Assembly (NCBI GenBank): GCA_022828145.1
Contig: JAJEJA010000009.1
Coordinates: forward strand, 31,254 to 95,253
Length of the DNA stretch: 64,000 nt
DNA from: Candidatus Poribacteria bacterium
Lineage (GTDB): Bacteria; Poribacteria; WGA-4E; WGA-3G
Direction of reading: 5' to 3'
Shown here: positions 29,198-39,182 of the stretch, piece by piece
Layout of the letters: each line of letters begins with the position of its first letter
How positions within the stretch are numbered: position 1 is the first letter of the stretch
Translations under genes and position numbers: made by a program
Notes under the pieces: model-generated
Database searches by the model: none
Told to the model about the DNA's origin: nothing
What the model saw: the letters and a program-made list of their open reading frames with translations, nothing else

Positions 29198-30235
29198 ATG
29201 TCAAATCAGAAGTCATTGACTTATGCTGATGCAGGGGTATCTTTTGATGCCGAAGCAGAGGCTATGCAAAGAATAAAAACCCTTGTCAGAAAGACCTATA
29301 GACCGGAAGTTTTGAGTGATTTAGGTACATTTGGTGGGTTGTTTGCACTAAGTGAATACCGGCAACCCGTTCTTGTCTCAAGCACAGATAGTGTCGGCAC
29401 AAAGTTGATGGTTGCATTTAAAGCCAACAAACATGATACAGTTGGTTACGATATAGTTGCACATTGCGGAAATGACATAGTTGTTCAAGGGGCAGAACCG
29501 CTCTTCTTCCTGGATTACATCGGCACTGGAAAAATGAATCCTATCGTAATTGAACAGATTGTCTTAGGTCTTGCCAATGGCTGCATAGATATTGGTTGCG
29601 CGCTTATCAGTGGAGAAACTGCTGAACTCTCAGGACTATATACTCCTGATGAATATGATCTCGTCGGCACTATCGTTGGTGTCGTAGAAAGAGATCAGGT
29701 AATCACAGGAGAAAAAATAACGCATGGCGATAAGATAATCGGATTGATGTCAAACGGTCTACATACAAATGGATATACATTGGCACGCCACATTTTATTT
29801 GACCATTGTAAATATGAAATAGATACCTACCTTCCCGATATATCAACAACCGTTGGTGAAGAGTTACTCAAACCACACCAGAGTTATGTAAAACTGATCT
29901 TACAACTCATGCAAATGTGTGAAGTAAAGGGAATTGCACACATCACCGGTGGAGGATTACCAGCCAACATTTCACGAGTTCTCCCCGATGGATGCCAAGT
30001 AAAAATAGATAAGAATAGTTGGGAAAGACAATCTATCTTCTCATTACTACAACAAGCAGGAAATGTAGAAGAAAATGAGATGTATCGTGTGTTTAATATG
30101 GGAATAGGTATGGTAGTAGTTTTAGCACCAGAAAACGTTGATGTTGCGATAAATATATGCGAACAATATGATGCTGCTGCGATACAGATTGGTCAAATTG
30201 TACCTGGTAAAAAAGGAGTTGAACTGTGTCCATGA
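29198..30235 (+). CDS. purM: Phosphoribosylformylglycinamidine cyclo-ligase (AIR synthetase)
   Basis: 345 aa with the PurM N-terminus LTYADAGVSFDAEAEAM. Confidence 0.9.
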   Translation: MSNQKSLTYADAGVSFDAEAEAMQRIKTLVRKTYRPEVLSDLGTFGGLFALSEYRQPVLVSSTDSVGTKLMVAFKANKHDTVGYDIVAHCGNDIVVQGAEPLFFLDYIGTGKMNPIVIEQIVLGLANGCIDIGCALISGETAELSGLYTPDEYDLVGTIVGVVERDQVITGEKITHGDKIIGLMSNGLHTNGYTLARHILFDHCKYEIDTYLPDISTTVGEELLKPHQSYVKLILQLMQMCEVKGIAHITGGGLPANISRVLPDGCQVKIDKNSWERQSIFSLLQQAGNVEENEMYRVFNMGIGMVVVLAPENVDVAINICEQYDAAAIQIGQIVPGKKGVELCP

Positions 30236-31029
30236 CATTCTTAAATAACGCTGCAATACAGGAATTAACAAATCTATTAGATAGAACACCGTTACCCGTT
30301 GTTATGAAAGCGTTTAAGGAGGTAAACGATGATGAAATCGCTGTTTTTCTATTATTAATGGATGTGGCTTCAACAGGATCCGACTCAACTGATCGCGAGG
30401 AAATCCGAAGGAAACTTGTACTTATTGGAGAGGATGAATCTGAAGAGGACAGTGAAGATGCCCTGACAACTTACGCACAAAAAATATTTGCACAATTTCC
30501 CTTCAAGAGACAAGTTCAGATTGCTGAAGCTATTTCTACAACTGAGATGGTTGAAACTGAAGAGGCTGAACGGATATGGAACGAGATTAAAGGTAAGTTG
30601 AATGCAATTTTGGACAGTACGCTCTTTTTTGGGAATGCATCAAAAAACCTTGCCAAACTTTTAGGCAAGGTTAATATTGAACAACAGAATCAACTGATGG
30701 ATGTCCTGCAGGAGAATCAACCTGGATTGATAGAAAAAGTCGCAGATCATCTTTATACATTTGACGATCTCAGCGAAATGCCAGATGAGTCCATCAAAAC
30801 GCTAATTGAGGTGTTAGAAACAAATACACTCGCTCTTGCGTTATACGATTCCCCTACAGACATTCAAGACAGATTTTATGAGAACATGTCCAATGAACAA
30901 GCATCAGTTGTAGAAACTGAGATTGAATTACTTACCCATGAACAGACACAACTCAGCGTAACCGCACGTCAATCCATCGTAAATCTAATTCGCAATTTCG
31001 CTGGAAAAGGACTAATAAAAATGCGTTAA
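30226..31029 (+). CDS. FliG C-terminal / MgtE-N-like domain protein (non-flagellar context)
   Basis: C-terminal half YTFDDLSEMPDESIKTLIEVLETNTLALALYDSPTDIQDRFYENMSNEQASVVETE...ARQSIVNLIRNFAGKGLI follows the FliG_C pattern (F.DL..lDd.sIq.lL.....e.LalALk......k.f.NMS.Ra......e.......v..aq..Iv..iR.l...G.I). The start overlaps the purM stop by 10 nt. Confidence 0.45.
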   Translation: MSMTFLNNAAIQELTNLLDRTPLPVVMKAFKEVNDDEIAVFLLLMDVASTGSDSTDREEIRRKLVLIGEDESEEDSEDALTTYAQKIFAQFPFKRQVQIAEAISTTEMVETEEAERIWNEIKGKLNAILDSTLFFGNASKNLAKLLGKVNIEQQNQLMDVLQENQPGLIEKVADHLYTFDDLSEMPDESIKTLIEVLETNTLALALYDSPTDIQDRFYENMSNEQASVVETEIELLTHEQTQLSVTARQSIVNLIRNFAGKGLIKMR

Positions 31030-31078
31030 GTTGTAGCGCATTCTTCCAAAGTGTGCAGTATAATTTCGTGAACATCTG

Positions 31079-32086
31079 CTATTTTTTAAACTCGAACACT
31101 ATAGGAAGGATAACAGTCATCTCAGCGTCCTTACCTTTTTTCTTACCAGGGATAAATCTCCATTTTTTCAATGCACTTATAGCTGCATTCTCAAAACCAA
31201 ATCCAAGATTTGTGAGTGCTACAATGTTTTTCGGGATGCCGTCTGTCCCGATTGTCGCTTGCAGTTTAACAGTACCTTCCTTCTCCGCCCGTTTTGCGTT
31301 CTGCGGATATATCGGCTCTACCTTTTTTTTCACTTTTGGTGGTGAGCTCTCAAGATCGGACGTATCTATTCCTGGCACCTCAAAAACTGGATTACTCGCT
31401 TCATTTGCCAAATTTGAGAGATCCGGTGAAACTGTCGGAACTTGTGTAGGACGATCAATTTTTGGGGGCCCAACTGTCGTAGTAGGTTGAACTGGATTTC
31501 TCATCCCCCTCGTAAGATTTATCCTGGGACCTTCTCTTAATCCAGGGGTTTCAGTGTTGAGTTCGGTGCCGTGCGTTGAAGGTAAAGTGAAACCGCTATC
31601 TCTCGGATTTAGTAGACTTGTATCCGTGAGCACTGTTGTTTCGATCGGTGCTTTTATCTCTTGTTGCTCTGCCTCAAAAGTCGGACGTTTTCGAACTGGC
31701 AACGAAGTGCGTTTTCTCAAGTCGAAATCTGGGGCAACCAATGCCGCATCAATCCTATCATCTTCAGATGAAATGCGATCTTTTATATATATGAAACCTA
31801 ATAACAAAGCAAGACTTACATGAAGTCCAATAGAAAAAAATAGTGACAGAGAATTTCTACCACCGGTCTTCTGAAGCGTCATAGGGGGTGGTTTATTCTC
31901 AGCCGCAGTAACTATGCCATCCAATTGCCCCTCATCAAGACTAACCTTCATTAACTTAGAATTAACTTTCGGTTTTTTTCTTTCTGCTCTACGTCTCTGT
32001 AATTGTGATACTATGTCGGAACTTCTACTCATCTCTTTTCCTCCTGCGGGTTTACTCGTGATGTCGATAGCGCGCTTACAACACAC
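31079..32086 (-). CDS. tonB: Energy transducer TonB
   Basis: 335 aa with an N-terminal anchor, a Pro-rich linker, and a C-terminal TonB domain (...EPIYPQNAKRAEKEGTVKLQATIGTDG...EMTVILPIVFEF). Confidence 0.8.
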   Translation of the reverse strand: MCCKRAIDITSKPAGGKEMSRSSDIVSQLQRRRAERKKPKVNSKLMKVSLDEGQLDGIVTAAENKPPPMTLQKTGGRNSLSLFFSIGLHVSLALLLGFIYIKDRISSEDDRIDAALVAPDFDLRKRTSLPVRKRPTFEAEQQEIKAPIETTVLTDTSLLNPRDSGFTLPSTHGTELNTETPGLREGPRINLTRGMRNPVQPTTTVGPPKIDRPTQVPTVSPDLSNLANEASNPVFEVPGIDTSDLESSPPKVKKKVEPIYPQNAKRAEKEGTVKLQATIGTDGIPKNIVALTNLGFGFENAAISALKKWRFIPGKKKGKDAEMTVILPIVFEFKK

Positions 32087-32224
32087 TTACCGGAGTTTAT
32101 GAGATTGACTATAATTAAACGAGATATGATAACATATTCCCGTTACTCACTTCAGATTAACTGTAGTTCCCTTAAGAAAAACTACATTATACTAATACGT
32201 CCATTTTATACTAACCTACTACAA

Positions 32225-32253
32225 ATTATACCGTATTAACAACAAATTGTCAA
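32225..32253 (-). promoter_or_regulatory. Sigma70 consensus promoter for tonB (minus strand)
   Basis: On the minus strand: TTGACA, 17-nt spacer, TATAAT. Confidence 0.6.
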
Positions 32254-32311
32254 CATTTTTAAAATATCATAACACATAATGTGCCATCTAAGCAACTAAA
32301 TTTGTCATAAT

Positions 32312-34585
32312 TTACGGATTCCACCAAAACGTCACTTTAGCAACTACCGTGGAATCCTGTAGTATACGTTTCGTTGTCTTATCCGTATCGTAGGTCTGAT
32401 TATAAACAAAATAGAAATCGCTTCCTGGACGATAAATGTAATTAATGAGAAAATTGGTCAAAATCTGCCTCTTCTCTGTATTCCATTGCGTATATAACTT
32501 TGCGAATAACTTCGTAGAGAAAGAGTAATTCAATCTACCTGAGAACAGATTGACCTCAAAACTATCATCTGGAAGCGACACACGATTGAATTCATAGTCC
32601 AAGTTAACACTCATCCTTGTAGTCGGTTTCAGTGAAGTATCAATATAGTATTTTCGTAGATTGCCATTATAGTATTCACCGGTCTCAAATCCTGTAGTTA
32701 TACTGAGAGTACGACTGTCACTTGTAGAGAATCTTCCTCCGAAAACACCAAATTCGTAATCACCTATCGGTATAAAAATATCCTCACGTACTTCGAAAAC
32801 TTCGTCAAGTCGTTCAAATTCTCGTCTTAAAAAGACCATAATTGAGTCGTCTGTAGCAAACGATGTCCAATGTGAATAGGAGATATTCCATCTTTCAATT
32901 TCGTTTTCTTGGTTAAAGACATAGTTCACCTCTGGTCCTGACCATAGTTCACGTATACCGTATCTGTTAGGTCTTGGTGCAATACGCGCATCTCCACGGA
33001 TCTGTCGTATACCTTCATCCCGCACGTAGCCGACTTCTGGTTCGAAGTCTTCATCTATATCTGTGTAAGAAGTGCTAACTCTTAGGAGATCATTTCTCCA
33101 TCTTGTGCCGATATACCATGCGTTGTTCCTTCCGTTCATATCAGGTGAAAAGGTTCTTGCAAACATACCCCTAATATCCAATCTATCGTTTGGACGCAAT
33201 TCAAAGTCAAAGCCACCTGCCCTGTTGTAGTCGCGAGATTCAGCTTTGTTCACTGCGATCATTCCAAAACGGGAACCTACTGGACCGTCTCTTGTGAATC
33301 GGATTACAGAATAATTCGTGTGCGGAATATCAATTGGGTCATCATCTTCAGGTTCATCATAGAATTCGTCTGTTCTGACATGGATCAATCCTACGCCGTA
33401 TCCCCCTATTTTACCGGTGGCTTTAGTCCCGAAGATAATTGGCACTGCGTTGCCTTCATATAGTCCTATCTGTCTGCTATAGAACAACAACATAGGGGGT
33501 GGTCTACGAAAACTCTGCCGAGGGATACCAAAATCGAAAAGACCGGCACCTTCTAAAAAAAATGGTCTTTTCTCCGGAAAAAACAGATTAAAACGTGTTA
33601 GGTTCACCTGCTCCTGATCAGCTTCAACTTGAGCGAAATCCGTATTATAGGTTAAGTCTGCTATTAAGTTTGACGTAACACCGTATTTGGCATCGAAACC
33701 GAGTTTGAATCTTTGCGTTGTTTCAACGGTTGCTTGTTCGTCATATTCTTGTGTCACACCAGGTAGAATATAGGGAAGAATTTCAATACTTCTTGACGGC
33801 ACGATTCCTTCTAAACCGACAAGCTCGGCAAGGTTAGTCGTTCTATACTTTGCCAACCCCCCGTACGATGCGGGTACTGGTGCCCATATTGATTCTTCCC
33901 GATTTCGGATGAGTTCCCTACCAACATTTATACCCCATTTCATCGGATCACTTTCCTCAAAACGTAACTGGTTAAACGGTATACTAAGCTCTGCTGTCCA
34001 GGATGTGTCATGTATCTTTGATTGACACGCTACGACTGCATCCCAATCGTCATTCAATGTATCTCCATTATTGGTTATGACTCTATCTTGTATAGCACCT
34101 AAGGCGTTCGTCCGGAAAAAGAAGCCACTCCTTTTGTCATTGTATGTATCCAATAGTAGAAATACGTTATCATTTTCGTGGATATCCCGAGCATCTCTAC
34201 GTCTTTCATTCGCAACGAGTTGAGAAATGTCTGAATCATAACATCTGAACCCAAAATAGATATTATTATTATCGTAGAGTATCCGAACTTCCATCGGTTC
34301 AGAACTGACTTCACCTTCATTCGGTTCAATTTGTACAAACCTATTGATTACATCTGCTTCTTGCCAGTCTGACTCGCTTAAATCTCCATCTATTTCAATA
34401 CTTTCATAGGTTCGATATGCTCTAATCTGCAGATTGTGTGAAGCAGAATAGACTCCTGTAACTATAATAAACACGAATGTAATGAGACAAAGGCATATAG
34501 CCAATTTATAGAAAAACTTAGAATTAGTATAGATTTGATAAGTAAATATTTTTACATTCAAAAGCGTTACCTCCTTTGAATACAA
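32312..34585 (-). CDS. DUF5916 / CBM9-like domain outer-membrane protein
   Basis: 757 aa. The N-terminal region with ...IEIDGDLSESDWQEADVINRFVQIEPNEGE...IYFGFRCYDSD resembles the carbohydrate-binding-family-9-like domain of DUF5916 proteins. The C-terminal region is beta-rich. Confidence 0.55.
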   Translation of the reverse strand: MYSKEVTLLNVKIFTYQIYTNSKFFYKLAICLCLITFVFIIVTGVYSASHNLQIRAYRTYESIEIDGDLSESDWQEADVINRFVQIEPNEGEVSSEPMEVRILYDNNNIYFGFRCYDSDISQLVANERRRDARDIHENDNVFLLLDTYNDKRSGFFFRTNALGAIQDRVITNNGDTLNDDWDAVVACQSKIHDTSWTAELSIPFNQLRFEESDPMKWGINVGRELIRNREESIWAPVPASYGGLAKYRTTNLAELVGLEGIVPSRSIEILPYILPGVTQEYDEQATVETTQRFKLGFDAKYGVTSNLIADLTYNTDFAQVEADQEQVNLTRFNLFFPEKRPFFLEGAGLFDFGIPRQSFRRPPPMLLFYSRQIGLYEGNAVPIIFGTKATGKIGGYGVGLIHVRTDEFYDEPEDDDPIDIPHTNYSVIRFTRDGPVGSRFGMIAVNKAESRDYNRAGGFDFELRPNDRLDIRGMFARTFSPDMNGRNNAWYIGTRWRNDLLRVSTSYTDIDEDFEPEVGYVRDEGIRQIRGDARIAPRPNRYGIRELWSGPEVNYVFNQENEIERWNISYSHWTSFATDDSIMVFLRREFERLDEVFEVREDIFIPIGDYEFGVFGGRFSTSDSRTLSITTGFETGEYYNGNLRKYYIDTSLKPTTRMSVNLDYEFNRVSLPDDSFEVNLFSGRLNYSFSTKLFAKLYTQWNTEKRQILTNFLINYIYRPGSDFYFVYNQTYDTDKTTKRILQDSTVVAKVTFWWNP

Positions 34586-34655
34586 AAACTCAGGATTTTA
34601 AAAATGGTGTGTGCAGCTTGGGAAGATTATACAAGATTCTGCTAAATTAGACAAT

Positions 34656-36788
34656 TCAAAACTCAAAAACAAACGTCGCTGCAAGGAAAGGGGTAATCGG
34701 TAATTGTGCAATGGGAACTTCTTTGGTAAATTCTGAATTATAACGTACTTGTAATAGATTCACTCGGTTATAGACATTCCACATTTCAACAGTAAATCCA
34801 CCATTAAACTTATCAATATCTAAGAACAACCAATCGATTGTGATGTCATTGAAGAATGACCAATGAAATCTTAAATCTAAACGGTGATAGGGAACAGTGC
34901 GCTTCAGATCATCGTATATGGGTATCCATACCTGTTTGTTTGTAAAAGGATTAGTATATTTTTCTCTACCAACTAACGGGGCATATAGGATACCGCTCTT
35001 GTATTGCCAGTTAGCACCAAATTCAATAGTAGAATAGAAGTAATTTAGATTGATAGTCAATACATGTGGGGTGCTATACATATAATCTCGTTCCTTGTCA
35101 TAAGGAGAATCTTGGCGTTTAGAGTCTGTATATGCATAAGCAAACCAACCCCTAAACATTTTTCCAATTTTATGTTCCAATGAGAATTCTATGCCTCTAA
35201 CTGAACCAGTTTTCTGATTCTGATACTGTCTTTCCGGTAGGTTATAGACGATCATATCTCTTAAGTACTTTAAATATCCGGCGACTTCAAATCTTGTATC
35301 TGATGTGATTTTTTTCTCAATGCCAACAACATAGTGTGTGGCTGAACTCGGAGATAATTCTGGGTTCTCATTACCGAGTACAATTTGGTAAAATTTAGGG
35401 TTCTGTACATAATTGCCATACATAAAGCGCACATCTATAGGGAAAAGAGTAACACCGACGTCGTCAGGCTGTTCCGTTCCTAATGTGGCACCAATTAAAC
35501 CCCGCGGTTGAATCGCAAAAGAATCAATAATGTTAAAGTAACTCCCTCTTAATCCAAGAGTTCCATAAAAATCAATGTATCTTGATGACAACAGTGCTTG
35601 TGTTGCTTGGAGATAACCTTCAAATTTCTGCATATCTTGCGTAATATGCGTGTGGACCTTCTCTCCATCTACTTTTATTCTTACATCGTAATCCCAATCC
35701 CCCTCTTCAAGTGGTCGCGAACCAATACTTGTCAAACTTGACGGAAGATTAGTTAATTCAAAACCAGATTCAAGTAAAAATTTCGGAAATTTTATCCAAT
35801 ACTTCAAATCCCCGCGAAGTGAGTATATGCTTTCTAAATCCCTATAATAATATCCTTCTCCATAAATCAGCTCATTACGTGAAAAAGAACGTGTCAATGA
35901 TAAAACAGACTTGAACCTTTCTTCTATCTCAGAGTAAAAATGTATCCCTTGGGAATCAAATGGATTCTCAGATATGAAAGGTCCCCGATAGTCACTTTCA
36001 GACACTTCATCTACACCGATTAGAAATTCACCACCATCGTCTGCACCGATAGTATTAAATTCTAATCTGTGTATTTTTGATAACTGATAGACGAATTTGC
36101 TTTGATAACTCCAGAAACTTGGCACTTGTGTAACCAAGTCATCTTCAATTTCCAAAAGATGGGGTAAAAGTTCAAAAAGTGGTCCCATGTAACTACGGCG
36201 ACCAAAGAGATACCAATACCCGCGTGTGCCGATGTTCCCTTCAGAGAACATTTGGGAATAAACAAGATTCAGATTGAGTTTGCCGCTAAGTTGAGATGCC
36301 GCTAACCGACGGGAAGAAATGTCAATGACAGCCTGCGAGTCAGAACCGAATTCCGCACCGTAACCACCCGGGTACACTTCAACATTCTGAATCACATCCG
36401 CATTCACAGTTGAAACAATGCCGTAAAGATGATATGGATACCCTAATGGAAGTCGATCAAAATAGTAAACATTGTCTTCAGGGCCGCCACCACGTACAGA
36501 TAGTATGCCTACGAAATCGTTTAGAACACCAACACTCGGTAGCATATTCAATACACGTAGCGGATCCCCAGCACTACCAGTCGCATATTTAAAGACATCT
36601 GTATTCAGTGTATGTCTCGGTTTCATTTCAATACGTTGGGTTGTAACTTCAATCGGTGGAAGGACAACAATATCCCCTACTTCTTCATCGTCTATAGTTT
36701 CCGCATTCTGACAAAAAGCATTTGAGGCAGTTATTAAAAGCAATAATATCAGTAGATGTTTCAATGACCTGAAAATAGAAAATGTCAT
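34656..36788 (-). CDS. TonB-dependent receptor (plug plus beta-barrel)
   Basis: 710 aa with a signal peptide. The plug motif is ...GDPLRVLNMLPSVGV...ILSVRGGGPEDNVYYFDRLPLGYPYH...GGYGAEFG. The C-terminus ends ...TFVFEF. Confidence 0.8.
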   Translation of the reverse strand: MTFSIFRSLKHLLILLLLITASNAFCQNAETIDDEEVGDIVVLPPIEVTTQRIEMKPRHTLNTDVFKYATGSAGDPLRVLNMLPSVGVLNDFVGILSVRGGGPEDNVYYFDRLPLGYPYHLYGIVSTVNADVIQNVEVYPGGYGAEFGSDSQAVIDISSRRLAASQLSGKLNLNLVYSQMFSEGNIGTRGYWYLFGRRSYMGPLFELLPHLLEIEDDLVTQVPSFWSYQSKFVYQLSKIHRLEFNTIGADDGGEFLIGVDEVSESDYRGPFISENPFDSQGIHFYSEIEERFKSVLSLTRSFSRNELIYGEGYYYRDLESIYSLRGDLKYWIKFPKFLLESGFELTNLPSSLTSIGSRPLEEGDWDYDVRIKVDGEKVHTHITQDMQKFEGYLQATQALLSSRYIDFYGTLGLRGSYFNIIDSFAIQPRGLIGATLGTEQPDDVGVTLFPIDVRFMYGNYVQNPKFYQIVLGNENPELSPSSATHYVVGIEKKITSDTRFEVAGYLKYLRDMIVYNLPERQYQNQKTGSVRGIEFSLEHKIGKMFRGWFAYAYTDSKRQDSPYDKERDYMYSTPHVLTINLNYFYSTIEFGANWQYKSGILYAPLVGREKYTNPFTNKQVWIPIYDDLKRTVPYHRLDLRFHWSFFNDITIDWLFLDIDKFNGGFTVEMWNVYNRVNLLQVRYNSEFTKEVPIAQLPITPFLAATFVFEF

Positions 36789-39077
36789 CTAAAACTCCGC
36801 TGTTATGCCTAAGTAAGGAATGAGAGGAAACTGATTAATAGGATCTTTATCCGAGTAGTCTGTATTGTAGCTATAGTTAAGGAGATTTTTTTGATTATAT
36901 GCGTTCAGTATTTCAAGAAAAACACCTAAATTCCAACTCTTAAAATTGAAAGTTTTGCTCAAGCGGATGTCCAACCTATGATAGGATGGGAGACGTTCAG
37001 AATTAGTCTCACCATAGATAGGAATATATACTGTATTCTCAACGATATCTATTGCACTAATTTCCTCGATACTCTCTACATTCTCAAGGAAGCGTGGGTC
37101 AATTCTGCGTTCCGAACCATTCACCGGTGTATACGGATTCCCAGTCCTATACTGCCATTTCGCACCTATCTCCCAAGTTGGTGTAAGTTTATAACTTGCT
37201 GCTAAAGTGGTGACGTGTGTCTGATCAAATGAGTAGTACCGGTAAGGTTCATCTAAACGGTCTTTTCGTTTTGAGAGTGCATAAGCATAAGAAGCCCATC
37301 CAAAAAACCTATCACTACTTCGGTGTCTTAAGAATATCTCAGTACCTTGAGCATAGCCAATACCCTGATTTAAAAATATAGATGCATCATCAGCTGTCAC
37401 AAGGTTCACAAGGTCTTTGTAATACGCAGCCATCTTAATCTCAGTATTTTGTGACAGTTCTCGTTTAAGCTCAAGAATGTAATGACTCGCTTGACTGGAT
37501 TTCAATTCTGGGTTACCCACACTGGATGACAGTTGCGCCGGAATTGGCGTTTGGTTGTATATACCGTAGGCGAATTGGAGTTCAGAAGTATTGGGTAGTT
37601 CCACACGAATACTACCGCGCGGTTGTATTGATATTTCATCTATGCGGTTAAAATAGTCAAGGCGTAATCCATACACCACTGATAGAAAAGGCAGAATATT
37701 AAATCTATCTTGTAAGTATGCTTCAATACGTTGTCCTCTCACAGATTCATCTATAACCTCTTTTTCAACAAAGCGAATGTCATAGTCCACTTCACCCTCG
37801 TCTGGAATTCGAGAGAACACACCTTTTACCTCTCCCGGTTCCATACCAAGGATAAGACCAGACTCTAAACGATGCCTTTCGTTTAGTTGATAAGTCAGAT
37901 CTTCTCGCAACGTGTATGTTGGCGCATCAATATTAAGCGACAATGTAGGTCCAAAATTCACATCAAAAAGAAAATCTGATCTTGTTAATGACAGATATGA
38001 GGTTAACCTGTCTGTAAGTGAAGAGCGTAGGTGTATGCCTGCACCTTCAAATCCACTCTCAAAGCTCGTATCGCCTCTAAAGTCAGCGTCAACCTCTTCA
38101 CCATCTAATGTCAGTGCAAAGTTATCACCTGAGGCAAACATATTGAAGAATAACTGATGTTTATCACTAAAGTCATACCCTACCTTCACTTGATAATCCC
38201 AGAATTTTGGAAAAGCAGTGATTGCCCCAGCGTCAAACGTCAATGAACCTACAAACAGATCAATGTAACTTCTACGTCCTGCAGCATACCAATATCCATT
38301 CTGTCCAATCTTTCCTTGTAAAAGTCCTTCTGAAAATAGTAAGTTGAGATTAAACTTACCACGAAGGTTTTCTGGACTGTTATCCTTAGAGTAAATATCA
38401 ATTACTGCCTGTGAATCAACACCGAATTCAGCACCATAGCCGCCAGCATAAACATCGATTCTATCTATGATATCAGAATTCAGTGAAGAGACCAATCCGC
38501 CAAAGTGGAACGGATATCCCACAGGAACACGGTCGAAATAATATAGATTATCTTCATCAGAACCGCCACGGATATAGAGTGCACCACTGAAATCATTAGC
38601 CACACCTATACCAGGGATCACAGGGAGGGCTCGTAGTACATCACCAGCAGTACCGGGTATTCGCGTAATCTCTTGAGATTCTATACTTTTTATTAAAACT
38701 GTTTTAGGAACACGTTCAGTCTTAACCTCTATAGCCTCTAACTGAAAGTCTACCCTTGTAACAAAAATGTTCGGCGTAAGCGATTTACCTTCCTCAACAA
38801 CAATACTCACTATCTCATCAGTTTCAGATTTTGGAAGCGATACCTGTAATGTATACTTTCCAGCTTTGATTTCATCAAAAGAAAATTTTCCTTCATCGTC
38901 TGTAGCAGTTCGCAGATCAAGTTCAATGATACGTATCTCTACGTCTTCAATAGGTTCGTCAGTAATTCTGTCTATGACGACACCCTCAATTGACCCTGTC
39001 TGTGCAAAGACTGAGACCGGCAATGCTAAGATTAAAAGCATACAGATTAGTCGACTCATTGTTAACATCTTCCTCAA
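36789..39077 (-). CDS. TonB-dependent receptor with an N-terminal carboxypeptidase-regulatory-like domain
   Basis: 762 aa with a signal peptide, CarbopepD_reg-like GSIEGVVID...GKYTLQV, a plug, and a barrel with terminal ...ITAEF. Its start abuts the stop of the downstream paralog. Confidence 0.8.
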   Translation of the reverse strand: MRKMLTMSRLICMLLILALPVSVFAQTGSIEGVVIDRITDEPIEDVEIRIIELDLRTATDDEGKFSFDEIKAGKYTLQVSLPKSETDEIVSIVVEEGKSLTPNIFVTRVDFQLEAIEVKTERVPKTVLIKSIESQEITRIPGTAGDVLRALPVIPGIGVANDFSGALYIRGGSDEDNLYYFDRVPVGYPFHFGGLVSSLNSDIIDRIDVYAGGYGAEFGVDSQAVIDIYSKDNSPENLRGKFNLNLLFSEGLLQGKIGQNGYWYAAGRRSYIDLFVGSLTFDAGAITAFPKFWDYQVKVGYDFSDKHQLFFNMFASGDNFALTLDGEEVDADFRGDTSFESGFEGAGIHLRSSLTDRLTSYLSLTRSDFLFDVNFGPTLSLNIDAPTYTLREDLTYQLNERHRLESGLILGMEPGEVKGVFSRIPDEGEVDYDIRFVEKEVIDESVRGQRIEAYLQDRFNILPFLSVVYGLRLDYFNRIDEISIQPRGSIRVELPNTSELQFAYGIYNQTPIPAQLSSSVGNPELKSSQASHYILELKRELSQNTEIKMAAYYKDLVNLVTADDASIFLNQGIGYAQGTEIFLRHRSSDRFFGWASYAYALSKRKDRLDEPYRYYSFDQTHVTTLAASYKLTPTWEIGAKWQYRTGNPYTPVNGSERRIDPRFLENVESIEEISAIDIVENTVYIPIYGETNSERLPSYHRLDIRLSKTFNFKSWNLGVFLEILNAYNQKNLLNYSYNTDYSDKDPINQFPLIPYLGITAEF

Positions 39078-39182
39078 CTTTCTTTATTTTTCAGAATTTT
39101 ATGTATTGTAATCACCCATAATTATACCCCATAATTATACACTGTCTCTATGCAGAAGTGCCAGAAAAACGGACGATCTTGT

